Of a DNA stretch of 35,651 nucleotides, positions 9,632 to 19,214 are shown in pieces (the stretch's first letter is position 1; every line of letters begins with the position of its first letter). The stretch is from the NCBI GenBank assembly GCA_017511405.1, contig JAFWKB010000050.1:1-35651 (forward strand), given 5' to 3'. The notes below the pieces were generated by a model. That model was given only the letters and a program-made list of their open reading frames with translations, searched no databases and was not told where the DNA came from. The stretch is from Candidatus Saccharimonadota bacterium. GTDB lineage: Bacteria; Patescibacteriota; Saccharimonadia; Saccharimonadales; Saccharimonadaceae. Made by a program: the position numbers and the translations under genes.

Positions 9632-10822
9632 GTGATATATCTCGATTTTTCTGCAACAAGCCCCCTTTTGCCATGCGCTAAATCCGCCATACTCAAAGTC
9701 ATGGAGTTATCAGAGACCAGCAAAATAGGAAATCCATCTTCGCTCCATTCGCCAGGTTCGCTTTCTCGAAACATCTTGGAAAATGCTCGAAAAACAATCG
9801 CTAAAAAGCTTAACGCGAGAACCACGGAAATAATTTTTACATCCGGCGGTTCCGAAGCCAACAATACAGTTATTAACATCTTCAGAAATTCAACAATTCT
9901 AGCTTCAAGAATCGAGCATCCCTCCGTCCTTAAACCAACAGAAAAGCTAGGTAATCCATGTATCAAAATCCCAGTTTCAAAAGAAGGATTTATCGACAAA
10001 TCTTTCCTCAAAAATAAACTCGAAACTTTTCTCCAAGAAAATCCAAAAGAAAAAATCCTTATTAGCGTCATGATGGCCAATAACGAAATCGGAACACTCG
10101 AACCAATCAAGGCGTTATCTAAAACCGTCGAAGAATATAGAAACAAAGGACTCAAAAACCTATTTCTACACACCGACGCAACGCAAGCCTTCGGCAAAAT
10201 AAACATAGATGTAAAAAAACTAAAAATAGATTATATGACAATCTCCGCCCACAAAATTGGCGGACCAGTCGGGATCGGCGCCCTTTTTTTGCGCTCAGGG
10301 ACACCTTTCGCCCCTCTCATCCTCGGTGGCTCTCAAGAAAACAATCGCCGTGCCGGAACATCAAATGCCCTACTTGCTGAAGGATTCCGCTCTGCCGTCC
10401 AATATACAATTGACATAGAATCGGAAAAACTCTTCAAAGAAAAAATTACCCCGCTCAAAGATTTTCTTGCCAAAAACATTAAAAAGCAAATCCCAAGTTC
10501 AATCCTACTCACCCCAAACAAATCTTTGCCCAACATCCTCTCTTTCTCATTTCCAGCCGCCGAAGGAGAATCTACCCAACTCTATCTTGATTTGGAAAAC
10601 ATTGCTGTCTCAACCGGATCTGCTTGCGCCTCTGGAGACCTCGAGCCATCGCATGTTATCATGGCCACGCATAACGATGCAGAAATCGCGCATAATTCCG
10701 TTCGTTTTTCCCTCGGTCTCGACACCCAAAAATCAGACATCGACATCTTGCTAGATAAACTCCCCCCAATTATTAATCGCCTCCAAAAAATTTCAACCAT
10801 AAAAACAAAGGATGTAAAATGA
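9632..10822 (+). CDS. iscS: Cysteine desulfurase (IscS/NifS group I)
   Basis: YLDFSATSP, GNPSSLH, FTSGGSEANN, HTDATQA, SAHKIGGP (PLP Lys), STGSACASG (catalytic Cys). Confidence 0.95.
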   Translation: MIYLDFSATSPLLPCAKSAILKVMELSETSKIGNPSSLHSPGSLSRNILENARKTIAKKLNARTTEIIFTSGGSEANNTVINIFRNSTILASRIEHPSVLKPTEKLGNPCIKIPVSKEGFIDKSFLKNKLETFLQENPKEKILISVMMANNEIGTLEPIKALSKTVEEYRNKGLKNLFLHTDATQAFGKINIDVKKLKIDYMTISAHKIGGPVGIGALFLRSGTPFAPLILGGSQENNRRAGTSNALLAEGFRSAVQYTIDIESEKLFKEKITPLKDFLAKNIKKQIPSSILLTPNKSLPNILSFSFPAAEGESTQLYLDLENIAVSTGSACASGDLEPSHVIMATHNDAEIAHNSVRFSLGLDTQKSDIDILLDKLPPIINRLQKISTIKTKDVK

Positions 10823-11244
10823 AAAACCCTTGGGCCTACACAGAAACCGTAAAAGAACACTTCTTAAATCCAAGGAACTTTCTCATGGGCGACGAAACAA
10901 AGTTTAAAGCCGACGGAGAGGGAATTGTCGGAAATCCAATTTGCGGTGACCAAATGCTCATCAAAATTCAAGTAAAAACACGCGAAAACGGCGAAGAATA
11001 TATTTCTGATATCGGATGGAAAACTTATGGCTGCGCAAGTGCTATCGCCTCGACATCTGCACTTTCCGAACTGGCCAAGAACCGCACTCTTGAAGATGCA
11101 GACAAAATTAGCGCCAAAGAAATCTGCGATTATCTCGGCGGCCTTCCTGAACATAAATTCCACTGCTCCGTTCTCGGTCATCAAGCCCTTCATAAAGCCA
11201 TCAAGAACTATCAAGAAAAAAAGGCTCCCGAAGGAGCCAGCTAA
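10819..11244 (+). CDS. iscU: Fe-S cluster scaffold (IscU/NifU N-terminal)
   Basis: EHFLNPRN, GNPICGD, YGCASAIAS, KFHCSVL. Confidence 0.93.
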   Translation: MKNPWAYTETVKEHFLNPRNFLMGDETKFKADGEGIVGNPICGDQMLIKIQVKTRENGEEYISDIGWKTYGCASAIASTSALSELAKNRTLEDADKISAKEICDYLGGLPEHKFHCSVLGHQALHKAIKNYQEKKAPEGAS

Positions 11245-11258
11245 GTAATCAATATTGC

Positions 11259-11483
11259 CTAAAGACCAAAAATCCCCAAAATTCCCTGCTTTTCACCCTT
11301 AGAATTATATCCAAGGTCGCTCAACTCTTTGAGCGTATCTGTTCCGCCGGCATTTACAGTATTCGAGCCATGCATTCTCAAGAACAGCGCCGCATCCTCA
11401 GGGTCATTGAACGTTTCACACTCGCCTGTTCGCTTGTCTTTTAAACAATATCTATCCGGAAAGAGCCATCCCACATTTTTCAC
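11259..11483 (-). CDS. Small hypothetical protein (true start possibly GTG at 11474)
   Basis: Fills the intergenic gap, G-rich codon usage like other minus-strand genes, SD-like AAGGGGGTG 6 nt before GTG 11474. Confidence 0.5.
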   Translation of the reverse strand: MKNVGWLFPDRYCLKDKRTGECETFNDPEDAALFLRMHGSNTVNAGGTDTLKELSDLGYNSKGEKQGILGIFGL

Positions 11484-11547
11484 CCCCTTTCATTCAACAT
11501 AGAAAAATCCAGGAACAAACCTACAATAACCGATTTTGTAATTTTTA

Positions 11548-14500
11548 TCAAGCAGAAGTTTTTTCAATCAATAACTTTATAAAATTTTTTACATCCTTCA
11601 TTGTTTTATTCTTGTCAGCCTCAACTCTAAGTTCATCATCGTCGAGAAATTCCAAACTAGTCGCTTGTTTATAGACAACAGAAATAAGTTGCTTTAGTGT
11701 TTTCTCATCAGTCCGCTCAAATTCCTCAAAATCCAACACCTTATCATAAACTTTTCCTTCCTCATCTGGATTAACGAAAAGAATGTGACCTTTCGTAACT
11801 TTATAAAGTTTATATGTCGGGGAATTATTAAGCATCAACTTATAAAACCCAAGTTGAAGACTATATTTATATAAAGAATTAACACTCCCCCACTTTTCCT
11901 TATGATACTTCCCGGTCTTAAAATCATAAATCTCAATCGTTTTCTTCTCTTTTTCGATCGCTACATGGTCAAGAACTCCCGTCACCGGAACACCGTCAAT
12001 CGTTATATGTTCGCCTTTTAAATCCAACTCTGCGCGCGAATTTTGAGCGCGGAGCAAATCTCCGAAACTCTCAAGCGATGTTCTCAAGGCAAGCTCTCCA
12101 ATTTCTAGCAATTCTTTAAGTTCCCTCCCTGTTAAATCCGAGCATTCCGCCTCTTTTCTTAATCCCTCAACCGCCTCTTCATCAGAAATACCATCTGCTG
12201 TAATCTTCTGAAAAGCATGGTGAACCAAGTTTCCAAGTATAATGTTTGAAGTTGCCGGAGGCTGAGGTGTTCTAAGTACCTTTTTCTCGAAAAACGCCAT
12301 CGGCCCGCCATAAGAAATATCAACAAAACTTGCTAAATCTGTCGAAGTTAACTTATAATTTTCCATCCGCCTCAAAAGAATCGGACGAAGCTCAGGAGTG
12401 TTTCTTACATAAGCACTCCGCCAAGTCTTCCTCAGGTCAACCGTCTTACGAAGCTCTTTCAAATCATTATAATGCAAAGAAACTTTATAAAGTTTTTCTG
12501 AGTTTTTAGGGTTTATTATAAGTGGAGAAATCACATTTCCGTCATCGTCAACGTATTCCTCGAGATAGCTCAACCTAGCCGGACTCTTGCCAGAAAAATC
12601 TTTCGTCGAATTGGTCATTACTAATGCTTTCTTGGCTCGAGTTATCGCCACAAACAAAAGCCGCAGTTTTTCATCGTCAGTTGTCCCCGTATGTCGAATT
12701 TGCACCATATTTTTCGGCAAAGAAAGTAAATTATTATTACCTTTTCCTCTACCCCAGTTTACATTATCAGTCGCAATCAGAAAAACATACTCATATTCAA
12801 GCCCCTTCGATTTATGCGCTGTCACAAGCTGAACCGCATCTTCAGAATCGCGATACGGCGAAGTGTTCACGAGTCCCATCCCCGCCTCTTCATAATCTTC
12901 AAGGAGTAGCACCAGATCTTTTAATCTCAACGTCTTTTCCTTAGAATAGCTCAAAATCGCTTCTCTCAAAACGGCCAAGTTTTCATAAAGTTCAAACGTC
13001 TCAAAACTATCCTGTTCTTTAGCATAAAATTCCAAAAATGGCGAACGAAACGCTCTAGTTTCGACCGAAATCTCCAACTCAACTGAACCAACCATATAAT
13101 CAAGCATTAGCTCAAGCGGCGTATCAAAAGACAACATCGTCAGCTTCGCCAAAAACTCAGCCAACTCTCTAATCTTAGGCGAAGAGGATTTCAAAAGATA
13201 ATCAAGTCCAGATTTCTTATCTTCTTTTGCCTGATAAACCGCAGATATTGCCTCCGCACTCGGAATTTGCCAAAACGGAAAACTCATAATCTCGAGCAAA
13301 CGAGAGGAGATATTTTTACCAAGCGATAAATCATAGATAAACCTACTTAATGTCAGAATTTCCGACAAACGAGGGTCCTCAAAAATATTATCTCTCTTCT
13401 CGTAAGCAATATTTAAATTCTCCTTCTCCTTCAAAAACGGCAACAAAGGAGCTATGTACTTATGTTTCGGCGCAATAATTGCAATTTCTTTTTGAGGAAC
13501 ACCCTGTTTAATAAGTTTAGAAATCTCATCCGCCACAAACTGATATTCTTGATCAGAAGTCAAAAACTCGTGTCGAGAGATAATTCCGCCTGGGCCTTTA
13601 AAGGCAGTCAATTTCTTCGAAAGACCCATCTCTTTTGCACCCTCATTTTTTACGAAACTATTAGAAATCTGATCCGCAATCTTACGGGAAAAATCGAGTA
13701 TTTCTTGATTTGAGCGATAGTTTTCTTCCAGATTTACAACTTTCGCCCCATAATATTGCTCAAAATTCAACAAATTCGACGCATCTGCCCCCTGAAACTC
13801 AAAAATTGCCTGGTCATCATCTCCAACCGCCATCACATTTGGTTTTTCGTAATCAGTTAAAAGCCGGATAATCTCTGCTTGGCTCGGATTAGTATCTTGG
13901 AATTCATCAAGAAGAATATACTGATACCTTTCCTGGCAAGTCAACCTAAACGCCTCGTCTTTCTTCAGAAAAGAAATCGCCTGTTCAATCATATCATCAA
14001 AATCATAAAGTCCATCTTTTTCAAGCAACTCGGAATATTTAATCATTATCTTCCCCAAAGATTTCAACTTCTTGTTCGCAACTCTATCTTTAAGACAATA
14101 ACCACCATCATCCTTGCGTTCGAAGCATGCTTTTTTCCAATCGGAGAAGGGTTTCACCGAAACTTTTTTCCCGTTCGCATCCAAATCTTCCGCCTCACGG
14201 ATTAACCTCGCCAAATCTCGCGCAAGCACATTAGAAACAGGCTCAATATCTCTTACAATTTTTTCTTTCGAAACATATTTGACCAGAATCTCAAGAATAG
14301 GCCTATAAACATCATCAACAACCTCCGGATAGCGAGCACCTTTTTTAGCACCTTCCAAAATCGGAGAAATCTCAGAATTTAGCTCATCACTCAAAGCCTC
14401 ATTTTTCTCTGCAACTTTAATCAAATCTTCACCAGACAATCTCGCCTGCTTAGCGCTTGAAATCGTATCTAAAATATCTCTTAAAGCCGAATGTTTCAAA

Positions 14501-14889
14501 ATATCTTGTACTGGCAATTCTTCCTGTATCGTCTTTACGATTTTATACTTAGTTACCTCGTCAATCGCCGAATCCAAATTCCGATCAAACTTATCTGCAA
14601 AGTTTTTATATTGCGACAATAAATCAACTCCAAAAGCATGATATGTATGAATTTGGAGCTTCCTCGCCTCTTTTCCAATCGTAGAGAGCAATCGTTCGCG
14701 CATATTTGAAGCACCACTTTCCGTAAAAGTAATGCAAAGAATATTTTCCGGACTTACATCAGTCGCCTTAAGTATGTGCTCAACCCTAGCCGACAAAAGA
14801 TGCGTTTTTCCAGTACCAGGCCCCGCCAAAACTAGAAGCGGTCCATCTATATAATTGACCGCTTCTGCTTGTTTTTTATTTAACCCCAT
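11548..14889 (-). CDS. UvrD/PcrA-type SF1 helicase fused to C-terminal PD-(D/E)XK (RecB/AddA-like) nuclease
   Basis: VLAGPGTGKT, ILLDEFQDTN, VGDDDQAIF, ENYRS, TAHKSKGLE, LLFVAITRAK; C-terminal GVLDHV...IYDFKTG...QLGFY. Confidence 0.92.
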   Translation of the reverse strand: MGLNKKQAEAVNYIDGPLLVLAGPGTGKTHLLSARVEHILKATDVSPENILCITFTESGASNMRERLLSTIGKEARKLQIHTYHAFGVDLLSQYKNFADKFDRNLDSAIDEVTKYKIVKTIQEELPVQDILKHSALRDILDTISSAKQARLSGEDLIKVAEKNEALSDELNSEISPILEGAKKGARYPEVVDDVYRPILEILVKYVSKEKIVRDIEPVSNVLARDLARLIREAEDLDANGKKVSVKPFSDWKKACFERKDDGGYCLKDRVANKKLKSLGKIMIKYSELLEKDGLYDFDDMIEQAISFLKKDEAFRLTCQERYQYILLDEFQDTNPSQAEIIRLLTDYEKPNVMAVGDDDQAIFEFQGADASNLLNFEQYYGAKVVNLEENYRSNQEILDFSRKIADQISNSFVKNEGAKEMGLSKKLTAFKGPGGIISRHEFLTSDQEYQFVADEISKLIKQGVPQKEIAIIAPKHKYIAPLLPFLKEKENLNIAYEKRDNIFEDPRLSEILTLSRFIYDLSLGKNISSRLLEIMSFPFWQIPSAEAISAVYQAKEDKKSGLDYLLKSSSPKIRELAEFLAKLTMLSFDTPLELMLDYMVGSVELEISVETRAFRSPFLEFYAKEQDSFETFELYENLAVLREAILSYSKEKTLRLKDLVLLLEDYEEAGMGLVNTSPYRDSEDAVQLVTAHKSKGLEYEYVFLIATDNVNWGRGKGNNNLLSLPKNMVQIRHTGTTDDEKLRLLFVAITRAKKALVMTNSTKDFSGKSPARLSYLEEYVDDDGNVISPLIINPKNSEKLYKVSLHYNDLKELRKTVDLRKTWRSAYVRNTPELRPILLRRMENYKLTSTDLASFVDISYGGPMAFFEKKVLRTPQPPATSNIILGNLVHHAFQKITADGISDEEAVEGLRKEAECSDLTGRELKELLEIGELALRTSLESFGDLLRAQNSRAELDLKGEHITIDGVPVTGVLDHVAIEKEKKTIEIYDFKTGKYHKEKWGSVNSLYKYSLQLGFYKLMLNNSPTYKLYKVTKGHILFVNPDEEGKVYDKVLDFEEFERTDEKTLKQLISVVYKQATSLEFLDDDELRVEADKNKTMKDVKNFIKLLIEKTSA
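12039..12068 (-). repeat. Dispersed 30-bp motif copy (GTTTCGGAGATTTGCTCCGCGCTCAAAATT) inside helicase gene
   Basis: Reverse complement matches the copy at 34731-34760 at 26/30 positions. Confidence 0.85.
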
Positions 14890-15766
14890 TTTTTATCCTC
14901 CTCAGAATATCTGGTAAAATTTCTAACTCTCGCGGAATAAAAATTCCTTGTCGTTCAATCTCTCTCGCCGCCGTAACCCCCTCAACGGTCACCCCACGCG
15001 GAGCCAACATCTTCTTTAGTCTAACATCTTTGCTCGCTCTGAAAAACCCATCCAAACTTTTTCTCAAACCAGTTCGCCCTTCAAACTCGGACAATCTTAC
15101 TCCGAAACGATAATTCCGACTCATGTCACTCCCACATGTTAAAACAAAATCCCCCACGCCCGCAGAAAACTTCACAGTTTCAAGAAATCCGCCGTTATAA
15201 ATCAGAATCTGCTGAGACTCTTTTACGGCTTCCAAAATAAACTCTTTAAACATAGAAGAACGTTGAGTAAGTCTCCGTCGACCAGACTCAATCGCAAAAA
15301 TATTCTTTAACGCTCCAAGAAGCATCACTCCATAAACATCATCCGTCTTATCAAATCGCAATTTTTCCGATTCTAAAAGACGTTCCGCAAGCGTTACACC
15401 ATCTAAAGCACCAATCGAAGCGACCGTAAGCTTTATGCGTTTCTCATTTACGATGTCGCTCGCAAATCCCGGTCCAGAAATAATTTCATAATTCTCAAAT
15501 TTGTCATAAAGCTCTTTATTAAGTACCCCTTTCGTCGCCACAAGAAGCGGCTTAAAGAATCCTTCCGCAGGCAGGGAATTGATAATTCCAGAAACAGCCT
15601 TAGACGGCGCAGCGAGAAGAATTACATCAGAGAACTCCACAACATCCCGAAGGGTACGATTCGGAAGCAAAAAAGGGTCATAAAAATAAGTCGCATTCCC
15701 ATTTCTTCGAAGCTGAACTCCGAAAGCTTTTCCGTATTCGCCAGCCCCCAAAATACCTATCTTCAC
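14876..15766 (-). CDS. gpsA: NAD(P)H-dependent glycerol-3-phosphate dehydrogenase (shortened)
   Basis: IGILGAGEYG, ATKG, ISGPGFA, GALKNIFAI, GVGDFVLTC..SRNYRFG, TVEGV. Confidence 0.88.
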   Translation of the reverse strand: MKIGILGAGEYGKAFGVQLRRNGNATYFYDPFLLPNRTLRDVVEFSDVILLAAPSKAVSGIINSLPAEGFFKPLLVATKGVLNKELYDKFENYEIISGPGFASDIVNEKRIKLTVASIGALDGVTLAERLLESEKLRFDKTDDVYGVMLLGALKNIFAIESGRRRLTQRSSMFKEFILEAVKESQQILIYNGGFLETVKFSAGVGDFVLTCGSDMSRNYRFGVRLSEFEGRTGLRKSLDGFFRASKDVRLKKMLAPRGVTVEGVTAAREIERQGIFIPRELEILPDILRRIKNGVK

Positions 15767-15790
15767 TTTCTCTCCTTCTTAACTATAATC

Positions 15791-15841
15791 AGTATAGCAC
15801 AAAACCTCCCCCCTGCGCAATGGCTAAAGATATGTTATAAT
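15791..15841. promoter_or_regulatory. Divergent extended -10 promoters for gpsA (TGCTATACT, minus, 15791-15799) and dus (TGTTATAAT, plus, 15833-15841)
   Basis: Both motifs read directly; dus ATG lies 6 nt after TATAAT. Confidence 0.6.
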
Positions 15842-15847
15842 AAAGAA

Positions 15848-16807
15848 ATGAATATCTGGGATAACCTCAAAAAGCCAATTCTTGCACTCGCCCCAATGGA
15901 GGGAGTGACCGACATAGTTTTTCGACAAGTTATCTCAAAAGCTTCGCGTCCTGATCTATTCTTTACGGAATTCACCAACGTTTCCTCTTTCGCTTCAGAG
16001 AAAGGCCGCCACGACGCCCTCTCTCGTCTCAAAATTTCCCCCTCCGACTCCCCGATAATCGCCCAAATTTGGGGCAAGAATCCCGAACATTTTTCGGAAC
16101 TTTCATCCGCGCTCAAAAATCTCGGTTTTTCCGGTATTGACCTCAATTTTGGTTGCCCCGATCGTCATGTTAACCGTGCCGGAGGAGGAGCAGCCATGAT
16201 TAAAACTCCTGACCTCGCCGTCGAATGTGTACGTCGCGCCAAAAACTCGTCAAACGGCCTTCCCATCTCCGTAAAAACTCGTCTCGGTTTCACCTATCTC
16301 GAAGAATACAAAACTTGGCTTCCGACTATCTTGAGCGAACATCCTTCCGCCCTTACAGTTCATCTCCGAACACGAAAAGAAATGTCTAAAGTCCCCGCCC
16401 ATTTCGAGCTTATCCCCGAAATAATTAAACTAAGGAACGAATTTTCTCCCGAAACCAAACTTCTCATCAACGGAGACATCAAAAATCGCGCCGAAGCTCT
16501 AAAACTCTACCAAAAACATCCCGAAATTGACGGATTTATGATTGGGCGCGGCGTCTTTGAAAACCCTTTCTGTTTCAAGAGAACAGAAGACAATCTTCCT
16601 TACGCCCCAACAAAAGAAGAACTCTTCGCCTTATTAAACTATCATCTTGATGTCTTCGACCAAAACTCACCCCAACCTTACGAGCCCCTTAAACATTTCT
16701 TTAAGGTTTATGTCAAAGATTTTCCCGGCGCCTCCGAGCTTCGAACTAAAATGATGGAATGCAAAAATACAAATGAGCTTCGAGAAATCATCAACTCTTA
16801 CTCGTGA
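15848..16807 (+). CDS. dus: tRNA-dihydrouridine synthase (Dus family)
   Basis: LAPMEGVTD, TEF, AQIWG, IDLNFGCP, SVKTRLG, TVHLRT, INGDI, MIGRG. Confidence 0.94.
   Translation: MNIWDNLKKPILALAPMEGVTDIVFRQVISKASRPDLFFTEFTNVSSFASEKGRHDALSRLKISPSDSPIIAQIWGKNPEHFSELSSALKNLGFSGIDLNFGCPDRHVNRAGGGAAMIKTPDLAVECVRRAKNSSNGLPISVKTRLGFTYLEEYKTWLPTILSEHPSALTVHLRTRKEMSKVPAHFELIPEIIKLRNEFSPETKLLINGDIKNRAEALKLYQKHPEIDGFMIGRGVFENPFCFKRTEDNLPYAPTKEELFALLNYHLDVFDQNSPQPYEPLKHFFKVYVKDFPGASELRTKMMECKNTNELREIINSYS
16091..16120 (+). repeat. Dispersed 30-bp motif copy (TTTTCGGAACTTTCATCCGCGCTCAAAAAT) inside dus
   Basis: 28/30 identical to the copy at 35281-35310. Confidence 0.9.
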
Positions 16808-17229
16808 TGATAACTTCCGCCTCGAGAAATCTCCTGTGCTCGATAAATCTGCTCGGTCACAATTAACCTCGATAACATATGCGGAAAAACAAGTCGAGAA
16901 AAACTCCAAACAAAATCAGCCCGTTCTCTAACCTCCTCCGACACTCCAAATGCCGCCCCAATAATTATCACAATTTCCTTACTCTCATTAAACTTTTTCT
17001 CTAAAAGTTCGGATAATTCCGGCGAAGAGAGCTCCATACCCCTCTCATCACACAAAATTACAAACTCGTTCCCAGTAAACGGCCATTTCGCAAGAAAATC
17101 ATCCAATTTTTCTCCCTCCAAAAACTTAAACTCCACATCAAACGGCTTTCTTAACCTCTTCACATAATCATGAATTAACCAACCATATTCTCCCCCTTGT
17201 TTCTTGCCCCCGGCCACAATCTTTATCAT
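16798..17229 (-). CDS. rlmH: 23S rRNA (pseudouridine1915-N3)-methyltransferase
   Basis: DERG..LSS..LS, IIGAAFGV, SFSRLVFPHML.RLI..EQIYRA...GGSYHHE; start reset to MIKIVAGG (17229). Confidence 0.94.
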   Translation of the reverse strand: MIKIVAGGKKQGGEYGWLIHDYVKRLRKPFDVEFKFLEGEKLDDFLAKWPFTGNEFVILCDERGMELSSPELSELLEKKFNESKEIVIIIGAAFGVSEEVRERADFVWSFSRLVFPHMLSRLIVTEQIYRAQEISRGGSYHHE

Positions 17230-17230
17230 C

Positions 17231-17259
17231 TTTACATTTTTCCTTTCTTTTGATATAAT
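17231..17259 (+). promoter_or_regulatory. Promoter of rplJ-rplL
   Basis: TTTACA-N17-TATAAT with TG extension, back-to-back with the rlmH start. Confidence 0.7.
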
Positions 17260-17270
17260 TATAGCAGTTA

Positions 17271-17335
17271 CCAAAGACAGCGACGGGATTTTCTCAAAAA
17301 ATCCTTAATTTGTATTTGACATCGTCGCCGAGGAA
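17271..17335 (+). ncRNA. L10 leader (rplJ autoregulatory cis element)
   Basis: AAGACA-GCGACG...TTAA...CGTCGC-CGAGG with inner GGATTTT/AAAATCC hairpin, directly upstream of rplJ; matches the L10-leader layout (AGACAG-stem-UUAA-stem-CGAGG). Confidence 0.75.
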
Positions 17336-17404
17336 ATTTTCTCTTAATAAAGGTTGGTAACGATTTTTAACAGTTCGCTAACAACCAAAAAAGGAAAAAA
17401 CTAA

Positions 17405-17932
17405 ATGGCTATCTCGAAAGATAAAAAAACCACTTTAGTTGCTGATTTAACTGAACTTTTATCAAGCGCAAAGACAACTGTCTATGCCCGCTACCAAGGT
17501 CTAACCGTCGCTGAGCTCCAAGAGCTCCGCGCCGCCGCTCGTGAAGCAGGCGTAAAAATCAAAGTTGTCAAAAACCGCCTTGTCCGTGTCGCCATGAACG
17601 AAATCGCCGTTTATAAAGACACCGACACTACTGGATTAACCGGACAGCTCCTCTATGCTATCTCTAGCGAAGATGAGGTAATGCCTGCAAAAGTGCTTGC
17701 TAACTTCGCCAAAGACCACGAAGCCCTTGAACTTGCCGGCGGCTTTAGCGATCTCGGCAACACGCTTTCCGAAGATGACGTCAAAGCCCTCGCAGCAATG
17801 CCATCCAAGAACGAGATGATTGCGCAAGTTGTTGCAACCTTGCTCTCGCCTGTCAACGATGTCATTTCTGCTACATCTGGCTCTCTCTCCGGAATCGTCT
17901 CTGGTCTTGAAGCGCACGCTGAAGGAAAATAA
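17405..17932 (+). CDS. rplJ: 50S ribosomal protein L10
   Basis: YQGLTVAELQELR, KVVKNRL, LAAMPSK. Confidence 0.96.
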   Translation: MAISKDKKTTLVADLTELLSSAKTTVYARYQGLTVAELQELRAAAREAGVKIKVVKNRLVRVAMNEIAVYKDTDTTGLTGQLLYAISSEDEVMPAKVLANFAKDHEALELAGGFSDLGNTLSEDDVKALAAMPSKNEMIAQVVATLLSPVNDVISATSGSLSGIVSGLEAHAEGK

Positions 17933-17969
17933 ATTAGCAACTATTAATACTAAATAAAAGGATAATACT

Positions 17970-18347
17970 ATGGCTGATATTAAAAAATTGGCTGAGGAAC
18001 TCGTCAAATTGACCGTCCTCGAAGTCAACGAACTCAAAAACACTCTTAAAGACGAATACGGCATCGAGCCTGCCGCTGCTGCCGTTGCCGTTGCTGCCGC
18101 TCCTGCTGAAGGCGCTGCTGCTGCCGATGAAGGCAAATCTGAATTTGACGTCGTCCTGAAAGACGCCGGCGCACAAAAAATCGCCGTCATTAAGGCCGTC
18201 AAAGAGGCTACTGGACTCGGACTTGGCGAAGCAAAAGCTATCGTTGATGGCGCTCCTGCTACCGTCAAGGAAAAACTCGGCAAAGACGAAGCTGAAGCTC
18301 TCAAGAAATCTCTTGAAGAAGCTGGCGCAACCGTCGAACTTGCCTAA
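17970..18347 (+). CDS. rplL: 50S ribosomal protein L7/L12
   Basis: LTVLEVNEL, Ala hinge, [34 protein letters not shown]. Confidence 0.98.
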   Translation: MADIKKLAEELVKLTVLEVNELKNTLKDEYGIEPAAAAVAVAAAPAEGAAAADEGKSEFDVVLKDAGAQKIAVIKAVKEATGLGLGEAKAIVDGAPATVKEKLGKDEAEALKKSLEEAGATVELA

Positions 18348-18383
18348 GTTCAGAAAAATCAATCAACAATTAGCGAACTGTAC

Positions 18384-18410
18384 AAAAATGCCCCGAAAGG
18401 GGTCTTTTTG
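18384..18410 (+). terminator. Rho-independent terminator after rplL
   Basis: AAAAATGCCCC-GAAA-GGGGTCTTTTTG. Confidence 0.75.
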
Positions 18411-18439
18411 TTGACAAAAAAGCATAAGTGTGATATAAT
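18411..18439 (+). promoter_or_regulatory. Perfect consensus sigma70 promoter with no gene directly behind it
   Basis: TTGACA-N17-TATAAT plus TG extension; hairpin CCCTCA-ACA-TGAGGG-CATTTTT at 18463-18484. Confidence 0.7.
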
Positions 18440-18641
18440 AGAAAAAAGGTATATTATTCAATCCCTCAACATGAGGGCATTTTTAATTGCATCGAAAAAG
18501 TCTTTTTTACAACATTTTACTCTTTATACCTGTTATTTTGGTGGAAAACTTAAAGAAAAAATCTGCCGTAAAAACATTGACTTAGGCCCGCATGAAGTGT
18601 AATATAATAATAGTACTATACAAAAATAGACAGGATGCGAG

Positions 18642-19163
18642 GTGATGTCTGAACTACCGGAAAAACAAATAAAAAGACTACGCAGTCTAATTCAAGAGGC
18701 TGAAACAAATTTATCCGCCGCAAAAGAGCTTTTAAACTCAGTTCTTGGCGATGGTGATATTATCACTGCTCCTCGCGCCACTATCGTTTCTGATCCCGAT
18801 GGAAAGGTTATCGAAGGCGTCTTCGACGGCCAAATCATGATTGGCCCTGACGGAAAAAACTATCCCGTTCCTGCGAACTACGCCTCAAAGTCAAAGCTTG
18901 TTGAAGGTGATTTGATGAAATTAACTATCACTCCCGAAGGGAAATTCCTTTACAAACAAATCGGTCCTGTCGAACGACGCACCGTAATCGGAACACTTAT
19001 TCATCACGACGATAAATATTTTGTCGAAGTTGCCGGCCGCGAATACGAAATTCTCTATGCTTCCGTCACTTATTTCCACCTCAAAGAAGGCTCTCAAGTT
19101 TCCGTTATCATCCCCGCGACAAACGACCAAGCTACCTGGGCCGCCGTAGAAGCCGCTCTCTAA
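18642..19163 (+). CDS. Conserved CPR hypothetical protein that follows rplL
   Basis: GKVIEGVFDGQIMIGPDGKNYPVPANYASKSKLVEGD motif, recalled from CPR proteins; own promoter-like TTGACT(18577)...TAATAT/TATAAT. Confidence 0.75.
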   Translation: MMSELPEKQIKRLRSLIQEAETNLSAAKELLNSVLGDGDIITAPRATIVSDPDGKVIEGVFDGQIMIGPDGKNYPVPANYASKSKLVEGDLMKLTITPEGKFLYKQIGPVERRTVIGTLIHHDDKYFVEVAGREYEILYASVTYFHLKEGSQVSVIIPATNDQATWAAVEAAL

Positions 19164-19174
19164 ATTAACCTACT

Positions 19175-19198
19175 AAATTCCGGGAAAACCGGAATTTT
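19175..19198 (+). terminator. Hairpin terminator
   Basis: AAATTCCGG-GAAAA-CCGGAATTTT. Confidence 0.65.
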
Positions 19199-19214
19199 CG
19201 TATATAATTTACTT

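Noticed and set aside
9514-10206. Long antisense ORFs (e.g. 9514..10206, 17636..18304) and other shadow ORFs
   Set aside because: They lie opposite or within well-supported genes and have no motifs.
12039-16120. 30-bp motif orientation switch as a replication-terminus trap
   Set aside because: GC skew does not change sign here and no dif-like site was seen; orientation tracks gene direction equally well.
18408-18602. 64-aa ORF after rplL
   Set aside because: Its TTG start is the -35 region of a promoter and it runs through a promoter and a hairpin; no SD, not protein-like.
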